Assembly (NCBI GenBank): GCA_965277085.1
Contig: OZ255708.1
Span: 1,889,257 to 1,953,256, forward strand
From: Acidobacteriaceae bacterium
Lineage (GTDB): Bacteria > Acidobacteriota > Terriglobia > Terriglobales > Acidobacteriaceae
Length of the DNA stretch: 64,000 nucleotides
Direction: 5' to 3'
Shown piece after piece: positions 27,783-37,419 of the stretch. Position 1 is the stretch's first letter, and each line of letters begins with the position of its first letter. The position numbers and the translations under genes are program-made. Under the pieces are notes generated by a model. The model was not told the DNA's origin. It ran no database searches and saw only the letters and a program-made list of their open reading frames with translations.

Positions 27783-28807
27783 TTACGCCCCAGCGATGCG
27801 TACGATGGCTTTGCCGAAGTTCCTGCCCTGCAGGAGGTCGATGAAGGCTTCCGGCGAGTTTCCAATCCATCCGTGATGTTTTCGCGGTGCTTCGCCTGTC
27901 CGCTTGAGACCCAGGCGCTCATCTGGTTCTGAAATACTCGAACGCAGGACCATAGTGAACGATAATCATGAAGCCCTGTAGGCGGATACGCTTTACGATA
28001 AGCAAACCGGCAAGAAGCGGCAGCCGGTCTGGCCCGGAGGGCGCTTGCGCATCGTTGTAGCTTGAGACCACTCCACAGACCGGAAGACGTGCGTAGATGT
28101 TCAGATGCCCCAGCACAAGGTCGAAAATCGGGCCGCCAACGTTGTTAAGATAGATGTCTGTCCCGCCCGGTACCGCCTCGGCCAGCTGATCCTTGAAGCA
28201 GGGATCGCGGTGATCAAGACAAACGCCGAAGCCCAGAACATCCACTACGTAGCGGCACTTGTCCGCGCCGTCCGCAACGCCGACAACCCGGCAGCCCTTG
28301 ATCTTGGCAATTTGACCGACTGCGGAGCCTACCGCGCCACTCGCTGCGGCGACGACGAGCGTCTCCCTGCTCTTCGGCTCGCCGATGTAAAGGAGTCCGT
28401 GCCAGGCCGTGAAGCCCGGCATGCCGAGCACACCGAACGCGAGAGAAGGATGCTCGACGCCAGGGCCGAGCTTGCTCAGGTCGGAACCATCCGACAGCGC
28501 AAAATTCTGCCAATCGGCATAACCAACGACGAGATCGCCTTCTGCCAGATTCTTGCGCCGGGACGCCACAACTCGGCTCACCGTAGCGCCACCCATGGGT
28601 TCGCTGATGGCAAACGGTGGGGCATAGGACACGGCGTCGCTCATCCGCCCTCGCATGTAGGGATCGAGGGAGAGATAAAGAGTTTGAAGGAAGAACTTGT
28701 TCATCGCCCGAACGGGCATCTCCGCTTCCTCCAGGCGAAAGTTGCCTGCGGTCGGACACCTTGAGGACGCGAATAAGAAGAATACGGCTATTGCGCATAG
28801 GTTTCAT
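27783..28807 (-). pseudogene. NADP-dependent oxidoreductase (YncB/PTGR-like MDR), frameshifted
   Basis: The core ORF 27919..28719 has LYLSLDPYMRGRM and VVAAASGAVGSAVGQIAKIKGCRVVG. The N-terminal PTAGNFRLEEAEMP and the start MKPMRNSRILL are in shifted frames. The C-terminal tail WVSSGQAKHRENITDGLE / NSPEAFIDLLQGRNFGKAIVRIAGA sits in two further frames, with the stop at 27783. Confidence 0.7.
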
Positions 28808-28809
28808 GG

Positions 28810-29240
28810 TCGTACTGGGGTGCCTGGATCGCGAATGTCCGTCTTCGGAGATTTCTACACAATTCCCGGATGGATCAGCAACGATGGTATAGGGTCCAAA
28901 CGGGCCCATGGTTAGGATAGACAACCTCCACCCTGCGGCTCTGCAACTCCCCAAGCGCGCCCTTAGTCATCCACCTGAAGCGCGATGTGGTGGAAGCCAC
29001 CTTCGCGCCCCCCATTACGTCCCGGCGACCCGCTGGCATAGCGACAGCGTTGGCAGGTTCGATAAGTTCAATGCGGATGGCTCCGCTGCGGAGGAACACG
29101 CCACAGCTCCCGGTCTCCGCAATCCCAAAGTCGATCTCGCGGACGAATCCAAAATTGTCGCGCCACCAGGCGACGTCGACGTCGAGATCTTTCACGCCTG
29201 CTGCTACATGGTCGATCCGATCGAAGAAAATATGTGACAT
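28810..29240 (-). pseudogene. VOC (glyoxalase/bleomycin-resistance fold) protein, frameshifted
   Basis: ATG at 29240 preceded by GGAGGG. The sequence begins MSHIFFDRIDHVAAGVKDLDVDVAWWRDNFGF...IRIELIEP. The second half (GGFHHIAF-type segment, GPFGPYTIVADPSGNCVEISE) is only readable in other frames. Confidence 0.55.
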
Positions 29241-29265
29241 GTTGCCCTCCCGTAGAGGTAAAACT

Positions 29266-30174
29266 TCAAGCTTTTGGTTGTTGGAAGCGTTTCGCCAGAA
29301 AGGTAAGCACGTCGGGCGTGGCCGCTTTGATTACCGTGAAGTGATCCGCACCGGCGTACTCTCGGTATGAGACGGGGTCCCCGGCGGCGATCAATTTATG
29401 GGCGAAGGTCGCTGTGAATGGCTCCGGAACGAGAGTGTCCGCTGCGCCTTGGACGATCAGCGTTGGCAATCGCAGGTTGAACCCAGGTTCCACCGACGGA
29501 TCGTTCGCGGCAAGGAACGCCGGTGCTTCGGCTGCGTAGGCTTCAACCCCAAGCACCGCATGGCTCCATCCGAATGGCCGACAGCCATCCATCTGCTTGA
29601 GATGAGGGTTGGCTTGCCGAGCGGCACGCACTCCGTCGACCAGCGATCGTGCCAGGCTGGCCGCGCGTAAATACGGTAGCGGCACTCTGGCGATAGCTCC
29701 CAAACCTTCAAAGTTGGGAGAAACTACAGCGTACGCGGACCTCACGAGGGCGGCGGTCAGGAAGACATAATCACTGGTCCAGCCGTCAGCCCAGGCAACG
29801 ACCGGCTATCCGCCCGCGGGTGGATGGCCCCGCGGAACGAAAAGGAGCGTCGACGCCTGCGTCATGTCGCCTTGCACGCTGGGCATGTAGTAAATGAGCA
29901 ACCTTGCATCGGCTTTTACGGCGTCGGGTGCTTGGTAGGACGTTGACAACACAAGATCGCCCGAGGAGGGTGTGCTTGCCCAGGACGGCCCGCTCACCAG
30001 GGCAGCGCCGCCGAAAAGGCGAGCGCAGCCCACAACGAAAAACGTTTGCGAGGCTTCCGGTTGGGGAGTGGACAACTCTGTAAGACATCTTTCTATCTCC
30101 CTACTTCTGTTTCGAAGAACTAACTTGTGAACAGGCCGACGGCCATTGATCCTGCGTGTGATCTCAAAGGACAC
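29266..30174 (-). pseudogene. alpha/beta hydrolase (secreted lipase/esterase-like), frameshifted
   Basis: Two ORFs (29806..30174 and 29266..29745) in different frames read as one protein: an N-terminal signal-like region, then ...LIVQGAADTLVP...YAGADHFTV (catalytic Asp/His region). Confidence 0.55.
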
Positions 30175-30199
30175 CTGGCTTGCGTCTGGTGATGCACAC

Positions 30200-30959
30200 T
30201 CAGACCTGGCTCATACCGCCATCGATCGCCAGTTCGGCTCCCGCAATGAAGCTGCTTTCATTTGAAGCGAGGAACAGGGCAGCGGCCGCGACTTCCTCCG
30301 GGCCCCAGGCGGCCGAGAGGGATGAGCTTACTGAGGGTCTCCCGAACCTGCTCCGGCGCAGCCGCCATCATCGGTGTATCGATCGGTCCGGGGCTTAGCG
30401 TGTTTACCCGGATTCCCGGCCTGCCAGCTCGTTGGTCCAGGTTCGCGCGTAGGATCGCACCGCCGCCTTGGTCGCGCCATAGGTGGTGTAACCGGGCGTG
30501 CCGATCGCACCGGCAATCGACCCGATCAGCACGATCCTACTGCCGCTGGACATCAGCGGTACCGCCTTCTGCACGGTGAACAGCGTCGCCCGCGCATTGA
30601 GGCCGAATATTTATCGAAGTGCTCTTCCGTGATGTCGTCCAGCGTGGCCGCTTCGGAAAAGCCGGAGTTCGCGACAAGGATGTCCAGCTTGCCTTTGCTC
30701 ACCCTGACCTTTTCGCAGAGCAGGGCGAGGCGGGTGGCGTCGCCCTGCACCGCCTCGACATTCTTGCCGAGAAGTGCGACCGCTTGATCGAGTTCAGCCT
30801 CCCGGCGGCCAGCGATGAAGACGTACGCGCCTTCCTGCACAAAACGTTGAGCGATCGCCAGACTAATTCCACTGCTCCGCCCGTAACCACTGCTATCCGA
30901 TCCTTCAACTTCGCGATGGAAATACCCTCGAATGATCCTTCATCGGCGAGAGTTTGCAT
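30200..30959 (-). pseudogene. SDR family oxidoreductase, frameshifted
   Basis: KDRIAVVTGG at the N-terminus. The sequences GIGLAIAQRFVQEGAYVFIAGRR and DILVANSGF follow. The YxxxK region (TTYGATKAAVRSYART) and the C-terminal FIAGAELAIDGGMSQV (stop at 30200) are distributed over at least 3 frames. Confidence 0.75.
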
Positions 30960-31057
30960 ATGAAAGCAGATGATGCGGCTCCTGTCGATACAGGGTCGCC
31001 AAGTCTTCGTGCTTCACGGCGTGGAGATGGGGCCTACGAGAATCCACGATTTCGAGA

Positions 31058-31923
31058 CTAGAAGTGGTCTCATAAACGTCTGAGGAGCATGTGGATGCAT
31101 GCGAGTTGGACAAATCCAAGGAAGTTTTCGATGTGAAACTCCCATCGGGTGACGAGCCTGCGGAAGTTGTGCATCCAGGCGAAGAGCCGTTCGACTTTCC
31201 AGCGCTTCTTGTAGCGACGCAGTTTGCGCCGGTCCTGGGTTTTGCCCCGATGACAGCGGTTCGGGGCGATCATCTCAATGCCGTATTCATCCTTGAGTCG
31301 CTGGTCGAGCTTGTCCGAGTGGTAAGCCTTGTCCCCGACCAATCGAGCGGGGAGTTCATCGAGAAAGCTTCCGGCAAGAACCTCCTCAACAAGGTTGCAC
31401 TCGGCAGGTGAAGCGCTTTGGACAGAAACGGCGAGAGGAAGACTGTTGCCAGCGGCGACAGCGACGATCTTCGTGCCCTTGCCGCGCCTGGTTGGGCCGA
31501 CGGCAAAGCCCCCTTTTTGGCGCTCGCGAAGGTGGCATCGACGAACGCTTCTTCCAGGTTGAGCTTGCCTTGCTGGTAGAGCAGCCGCGCCAGCAGACGC
31601 AACGCCTCTTCGAGCTTGCCGGTGCGAATCCACTGCTGAAACCGCCGGTGACACGTCTGAAAGGGAGGGTACTTCTCCGGCAGTTCGCGCCACTGTGCCC
31701 CCGTGCCGAGCACTCAGAGCACACCGTGCAACACCGCACGCGTCTCATGCCACGGACGACCGCGCTTATCCTCGCGACGAACCGGACGAAGCACCGGCTC
31801 GACCAACACCCACTGTTCTTCCGTCAACTCCCAACGTCCAGTCATCGCCGCACGCGGAGCCGCTCAGAGCATCTCCAGAATGCACCAAATCAGACGCCTT
31901 GGTATTTATGAGACTGGTTCTAG
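31058..31923 (-). mobile_element. IS5-family insertion sequence (IS427/IS1031-like size class)
   Basis: About 866 bp. Imperfect terminal inverted repeats: CTAGAAGTGGTCTCATAAAC at 31058-31077, and the reverse complement of 31904-31923 reads CTAGAACCAGTCTCATAAAT. Both ends begin with CTAG, which may be a target duplication or part of the inverted repeat. It carries a two-ORF transposase. Confidence 0.8.
31070..31845 (-). pseudogene. IS5 family transposase (orfA/orfB with -1 frameshift site), orfA interrupted by TGA
   Basis: orfA: MTGRWELTEEQWVLVEPVLRP...[39 protein letters not shown]. orfB: GGFAVGPTRRGKGTKIVAVAAGNSLPL...LVGDKAYHSDKLDQRL...RWKVERLFAWMHNFRRLVTRWE (DDE region). The slippery A5G5 run lies at 31509-31518. 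The in-frame TGA at 31714-31716 is where this family normally has Trp (ILWVL). Confidence 0.8.
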
Positions 31924-31989
31924 TAAGGACTGTCATAGAGCGTGCGCGGCATAGACCGGTTGGCCGTGGGTCGTGGTAAATACCCTTCC

Positions 31990-32478
31990 GCCGTGAACCC
32001 TACGGGAGCTGTGCATTGTTCCACCAATGATCTTCTCCGCACGAACCACGTCGTTCGGTCGCCATGGACGATAAGAAGGAACTTGTCGGTGGTAAGAGCA
32101 ATCTCGTACTTCACGATGCTGCTACGCGGGATACAGATAATCGCCAGTCCCGCACAACCACGCCGACGCCCTCCACGACCGCGGCCCCCTAAGCGCGGCG
32201 CCAATCCAGGAGACGAGCGATCCGGCCACGAGAAGAGGTACAATATAGGCTGAATTGAAAGGCAAGGTCCAGAAACTGCCTCAGAAAATCGCCCAGCTTT
32301 CCTCTATGTTTCATCTGATTGCAGCGTTGGAGTAGCCGACATCGTGTTCGTCGGTGTTATACCTGGCGGCGATGGAAAGAGTCTTCATGTCCACGCCGGC
32401 CTCTTGGAGAGCTCTGATAGCCCGCTCCGCCTGCTCGTGCGTTTCATAGACTGCGACGACAGAATTAGTTTTTTCCAT
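31990..32478 (-). pseudogene. general stress protein 17M-like / DUF1269-type membrane protein, frameshifted
   Basis: N-terminus MEKTNSVVAVYETHEQAERAIRALQEAGVDMKTLSIA (ATG at 32478, preceded by GAGGGG). The C-terminal LGIPRSSIVKYEIALTTDKFLLIVHG and NDVVRAEKII are in other frames. The Gly-rich membrane middle part is degraded. Confidence 0.45.
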
Positions 32479-32689
32479 GATGGCCCCTCTTCGCTTCCCC
32501 AGTCTTGTCTTCCAGGTAAAGATTTGCTGTGCAATCGAGCACACCTTTAAGGTATGAAATAGCCGAACAGACAAATGGTGTACCGAACGGCACAGTTCCT
32601 GGGTTCTTCCAAGAGGAGGATGACTTTAGAAGAGAGCCTGCCATGTCACACATCCATCTCCCTGCGTCATCGCCAATCCAGCACTCCTC

Positions 32690-33202
32690 TTGGTCGAGCC
32701 CGGAGCCTTGGGATTTTCCAAAAGGGCGGCTCAACTCGAGCAATCGCACTACTATGTCACGAAAGCCGATAACCTACGAGACATTTTTTTAATGCGGAGT
32801 GCGTTTCAGTTTAACGTCGCCGTTCTGAGCGATTTCCTCGGACCGCTGGCTCTGCGTGCGTCGGTACAGGTCATAAGAGGACAGTGGCCCAAAGCTCGAA
32901 TCATAATCCTGGGCAAGGCGCCTGACTACTTCGAGGATCACCTCTACGATGATGCTGTGATCCATGCTTCAAATGAGGCTGTTCTTCTGTCCGCACTCGA
33001 TAAACTCTGCGAAGATCCCTGGAATCAACAGGGTGACGTCCTCACAACCTGGCTTAATCAGGTGAGTTCGGCTTCTTATAAAGCAAGAGGCTGGGCGATA
33101 CAGGAGAGTAATCCTACGAAGAAGATGCCAGAACAGGTCAGGGAGATGGCGTTCCCCAGAGACCGCCCTGCAAATGAACGAAGGCCTCAACCGATGAGTT
33201 GA
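32690..33202 (+). CDS. hypothetical protein with degenerate receiver-like (CheY-fold) pattern
   Basis: An alternating beta/alpha pattern is visible: LLLVEP..., YYVTKA, FNVAVLSD, RIIILGK, DAVIHAS. The acidic pocket and the Lys are not conserved. There is no ATG in frame, so the start is either TTG at 32690 or a frameshifted start from the ATG at 32643. Confidence 0.35.
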   Translation: MVEPGALGFSKRAAQLEQSHYYVTKADNLRDIFLMRSAFQFNVAVLSDFLGPLALRASVQVIRGQWPKARIIILGKAPDYFEDHLYDDAVIHASNEAVLLSALDKLCEDPWNQQGDVLTTWLNQVSSASYKARGWAIQESNPTKKMPEQVREMAFPRDRPANERRPQPMS

Positions 33203-33635
33203 AATGAGAAGTTCGTGCAGTCCCTTCTGATCGGGCCTGTATTTGGCGATGATCACTTTCGCTTTGACAGGGATGTCGCCTCTATCTGCACAACAAAATT
33301 CCCGCTCTCACGCGAACGGTCATGGATAGACATCATAAACCTTTGCGGGGCACTGTGGTCTAGGTTCACAGCGAGGCGGCCGGTACCGTCGTGTCATACA
33401 TCACCAACAGAACTGGGCAACACAGCTTTAAGCGGCTCGCTGGAGACTTGAATCACACCGTTTGGGCTACCTGAGAGGACAACAGTCTTCAACGAAGAAT
33501 CCTGTTCGCACATCACACTAAGCAAAGGGGCTATGTCAGGGAGGCAACGTGGACACAAAGAGTGGGCCCTCCGCTGGGCTTATGCCGAACTGACCATTTA
33601 TCTGCGGACGGCACCTTTACGCTGCCCCAACGTGT

Positions 33636-34329
33636 TTGGGGCCGCCTTCTGTTATCTCTATGGAGAGAGGTAGGTCAGGGCTCATCCTCAAGCCAAACAA
33701 GACGATGCTCAGCATCGAGTATCAACCCATGTGGTCTGGCGGTAACGACTCGAAGGTTCAGCTTACGTTCATCGATGTGCCCGAGCCTATGTTGCCGACC
33801 ACCTGCCAGATGATCTTTACGGCATTCGGAGGTACTGGGGAGATCGGTTCCACACGCGTGATGGAGCTCGCGAGATACCTGCACAAGATTGGCATAGGAT
33901 GCGAGCCGGACGTACTTGCGGGAGCGCACAAACCAAAGCCCGCGGATTGTGTCGTCTCTTTTCGTTACCAGAGGCAGCGGAGGACGTGCCGTCTGCGTCG
34001 GCCAAAGCTGCAATGGTAGCCGTGACTCTGGCCGCTATCCTTGCTATCGCCGATGGACATGCGAGTGAAGAAGAGGCGACCACCGTTGACGGGCTGATTC
34101 GGAAATGGGCGGCTTGCCACCGAATTTGCAGGCTAGGCTGCGTGCCGTCTATCGGTTCACGGTGCAGCAGCCTCCCACCCTACTCAGTCTGAAAGCCCGG
34201 CTCGAAGCACCGACTATTGAGGATCGCAAGCAGGTGAAATGGCTCTCACAAAAAAATGGCAGCTCCTCTGGCGTTGTCTCGCCAGAGGAGGTAAAGCTAC
34301 TCGAACGGATTTTGCTTTTTGTGCCTTGA
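33636..34329 (+). pseudogene. hypothetical protein with TerB-like segment, frameshifted
   Basis: Three overlapping ORFs (33636.., 33899.., 34105..34329) read as one. The middle one has AAMVAVTLAAILAIADGHASEEEATTVDGLI, which resembles the TerB ADG...EE motif. The assignment is weak. Confidence 0.3.
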
Positions 34330-34584
34330 TGTACTCCATGGCATGGAAGAGCTCATCGGGTCGATCCCGATCAGGTCCACCAACTTACTTCTACAAGCCA
34401 AACAGCTAGAGGAAGCAGCCTTCTGCTCCGGCCGCTCCGTCGGCTGATGCCGGTTTAGGAGCCGTCTATTCGCGCAGCTCACGATTGGATGAATTGATCG
34501 ATGTCTTACTTCGTTTTCCGCACCAGATAATTTGGCATCTGCTGAGCACAGCAGCTACCGTAATTGTCTGGCTGCCGAAGAAAC

Positions 34585-35880
34585 TCAATCGAAAGCGTCG
34601 AAGGATGGTGGCCATCCATGCTGATAGGTCAGGTCACCCTTCCACGGTGTAACGGTCGGTTTGCCTTTCATATCAACCAGCATGTGCAAGGACTGCGCCT
34701 TCTCTCCGGCAGCGCGATCGAGAAACCAATCCGCCACAAAGGTGAAGGCCTCAGGTCCCATCTGGCCTGAAGAGCGCGAGTGCAAACCGTGGTTCTCCCC
34801 TTGGTAAACGACCAATGTTTTGGGAGCGGTCACCGCATTCATGTACGCGTAGGTTGCGGCAATGTCGCTTAGCTGATCGTCCTCACCCGCACACACGAGA
34901 TAGGGACAGTGAATGCCAGCAACCAGCGCGTCGTTGTTGATCGTCTTACAGTAAGCGTCGAAAGCCACATCATCATGGATGTTCGTCATGTACATCTGAC
35001 GCAGCCGAAACGTTGGGCTAGCGGCGTCCATCATAGAAAAACCACCCGGCTCGAAGCAGGTCATCAGCACCCCGCATGCAGCGAAACGAGGTTCGGACGC
35101 GGCAAGCAGGGAAGCCCAGTAGCTTCCGTAGCTATTACCCATCACATAGATTTTCTCTGGATCGATTTCGGCCCGACCCTTGCAATAATCGAACACGGTT
35201 GACGCCAGCTGAGGAAAGGTTTCGTGATCCCACCATACCTCACTGGTAAGAGACTCTCCTTGGCCGGGTACATCAATCGCCAAGACCGCGAAGCCGCGAG
35301 ACAATAACGGATCGTCTTCCAGCGCGACGACCATTTCCTTAAATCCATCCATGCCCGCGGTGTCCACAATGCAGGGTACTCGCTGGCCTTTTTGGAACTT
35401 TGGAGGCAAGTGAAGATAGGCACTCACCTTCTTTCCCGCGAAAGGCAGATCGACCCTTTCCACATGCCAGGCGGCGAGCGATGCGAATTGGTCGTAACAC
35501 TCCCGTTTCTTGCGGGCAAGCACCAGGTTGAACTCTGTATTGGCTGCGATCGGCCATTGCGCTCCGCCATACATCACAGCCGCGATAAAGAAATGATTGC
35601 GGGCGGTCACCGTATGTTTCTTGTTCAGCGCTTCACGCGCGGCCATCTCCTGTCCATGAGCAGCCTGTGCAAAGACGCGAGCCATATCGTCGTATTTTTT
35701 GATCTGCTGCTTAAGGCCCTGAAACTCACCCGCGGCGCTTGCGCCACAGGCACCTGTGTAGTAGCTGATACGGTCCTGATCCCACTCAGGGCCTGCTAGC
35801 TGGATCATGAGGTCCAGCAACCAACGTTGTGCTCCCAGACGTTCAGATTCTTTCGTCACTTTGAGTGGCAGAGTCGGCAT
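34585..35880 (-). CDS. alpha/beta hydrolase (FrsA/DUF1100- or dihydropseudooxynicotine-hydrolase-like)
   Basis: Nucleophile elbow GNSYGSYWA, followed by an acid/His region (CAGEDDQLS, GENHGL). The start is taken at ATG 35880 because GGAGGA sits 4 nt upstream. Confidence 0.85.
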   Translation of the reverse strand: MPTLPLKVTKESERLGAQRWLLDLMIQLAGPEWDQDRISYYTGACGASAAGEFQGLKQQIKKYDDMARVFAQAAHGQEMAAREALNKKHTVTARNHFFIAAVMYGGAQWPIAANTEFNLVLARKKRECYDQFASLAAWHVERVDLPFAGKKVSAYLHLPPKFQKGQRVPCIVDTAGMDGFKEMVVALEDDPLLSRGFAVLAIDVPGQGESLTSEVWWDHETFPQLASTVFDYCKGRAEIDPEKIYVMGNSYGSYWASLLAASEPRFAACGVLMTCFEPGGFSMMDAASPTFRLRQMYMTNIHDDVAFDAYCKTINNDALVAGIHCPYLVCAGEDDQLSDIAATYAYMNAVTAPKTLVVYQGENHGLHSRSSGQMGPEAFTFVADWFLDRAAGEKAQSLHMLVDMKGKPTVTPWKGDLTYQHGWPPSFDAFD

Positions 35881-35999
35881 AGTTTCCTCCATTGACGGGT
35901 TGAGTATTGTTAATTGTGTGAACAGGCTCACCTAAATAGAACTAAGAGCGGCCAAGCGGTTCTCAGGTGTATTGCGGAAGGCTATAAAGCACCAGCAAG

Positions 36000-36374
36000 C
36001 TAGAGAGAGAAGCCGCCGCTGGATATATTCAGCGTGATGGAAAGATGTCCGATGATCATATCCCACTCGTGAATTTCATAGGTGCTGAGACCCATAGCAG
36101 TCATGGGTTCGGTCTTCATGAAGCCGTCGGCTTCTTCGAGCGACTCGGCGCGGAAGATGATCAAACCCAAATCAATGCTTTCGCTCTTCACAGGAAAGGG
36201 TCCCGAGCCGAATACTTTCCCTTGTGCTTCCAACCCGGTTATATAAGCAATGTGCGCCATTTTATGAGGTTCTGCTTCAGCCTGGCTGGCTGTAACCCTG
36301 GTGAGAACGGCGAAAAGTTTGTGTGTGAGTGTGGGAACGTACGGAGGGGCGACGTTTCCGGTCGGGGTGGGCAT
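36000..36374 (-). CDS. YciI family protein
   Basis: About 124 aa with ...HKMAHIAYITGLEAQGKVFGSGPF...GLIIFRAESLEEADGFMKTEPM..., the YciI/DGPF-like pattern. AAGGAGC lies upstream of the ATG at 36374. Confidence 0.75.
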   Translation of the reverse strand: MPTPTGNVAPPYVPTLTHKLFAVLTRVTASQAEAEPHKMAHIAYITGLEAQGKVFGSGPFPVKSESIDLGLIIFRAESLEEADGFMKTEPMTAMGLSTYEIHEWDMIIGHLSITLNISSGGFSL

Positions 36375-36462
36375 TGTTAGCTCCTTTAGAACCTGTACTG
36401 GTGTATAGGTTGAGTTATTTGAAGACGAGGGTATGTGGTGATGTAGGTACAGGCTGTAGAGC

Positions 36463-36906
36463 CTACTTCGCCTGCGGCGAGGGGGCTGTGTGGATGAGTT
36501 CAATAACATACTGATTGAGATCGCTTATATGCCCGAAGCGGGGGCCCCCCGATTGCGTGCTCGGTGGGTTAACCGCGGTGGCACCGCGAGACACGGCCAG
36601 TTCCCACGCGGCGTCTACATCCGGAACGCCAAATGCTATGTGGGTGTATCCCAATTTCAACATTGCGGACGTTAGGTCAGCCGAGGTAAGAGGCTTTACG
36701 GGTGGAGCCGCTACAGGTGGAGTGGCTTGGAAAATCTCCAGCCGACCGCCCTCACGCTCCATAAAGGCAGCCTTGAACTCCGGCGTTGCAAAACGTTGCG
36801 TCACTTTGAATTCGAAGACGCGCTGGTACCACTCGATGGTGGCCTCTAGGTCTGGAACCGCCATACCTGCATGGTCAATAAACAGCTGGTCGACATTGGC
36901 TGGCAT
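36463..36906 (-). CDS. VOC family protein (glyoxalase/dioxygenase fold)
   Basis: MPANVDQLFIDHAGMAVPDLEATIEWYQRVFEF...LEIFQ...GYTHIAFGVPDVDAAWE...VIELI. CAGGAGGG lies upstream of the ATG at 36906. Confidence 0.85.
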   Translation of the reverse strand: MPANVDQLFIDHAGMAVPDLEATIEWYQRVFEFKVTQRFATPEFKAAFMEREGGRLEIFQATPPVAAPPVKPLTSADLTSAMLKLGYTHIAFGVPDVDAAWELAVSRGATAVNPPSTQSGGPRFGHISDLNQYVIELIHTAPSPQAK

Positions 36907-36989
36907 CTGTATCCCTCCTGATTGGTAGTTGTTGTTGCGTTGATGGGTCGGTAGTACCGGATACCCGCCAGCTTTACAGGCATGCTGTT

Positions 36990-37367
36990 CTATACACCCG
37001 CAATGGCGCAAGCGATAAGAGCGACCAGACCGCCGACGATCGCTATGTTCGATCCAAGAAGCTGCAGACCCTGTGGCCGTCCCTTGTTCGTCACAATGTC
37101 TTGCACAGGAACGGCCACCGTGGCCGCAAGAACATACAAGATCAAGATCCACCCAAGCGGAACGATGATCAGTCCAAGTGCCAAGCAAACAGTCGCTATG
37201 ATCTCTAGGGCTGCGGAACCAAGGAGACCCAGCTCTGGCAGAGGTATGTGATGTTCCTTCATTAGACCAATGGTTTCTTTCCGGCCGCTTGCTTTCCCAA
37301 TCGCCGACATTAGAAACATGAGCGCCATAAGGCATCGTGCAACTACGTACAGAGTGTGAGCATTCAT
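36990..37367 (-). CDS. DoxX family membrane protein
   Basis: 125-aa protein with 4 TM segments (LMALMFLMSAIGK..., GSAALEIIATVCLALGL...). AAGGAGGAA lies upstream of the ATG at 37367. Confidence 0.8.
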   Translation of the reverse strand: MNAHTLYVVARCLMALMFLMSAIGKASGRKETIGLMKEHHIPLPELGLLGSAALEIIATVCLALGLIIVPLGWILILYVLAATVAVPVQDIVTNKGRPQGLQLLGSNIAIVGGLVALIACAIAGV

Positions 37368-37419
37368 TCTTTCCTCCTTGAGAGCAATCGTTGAAAAGCA
37401 CAACCCGCTAACACGTGAG

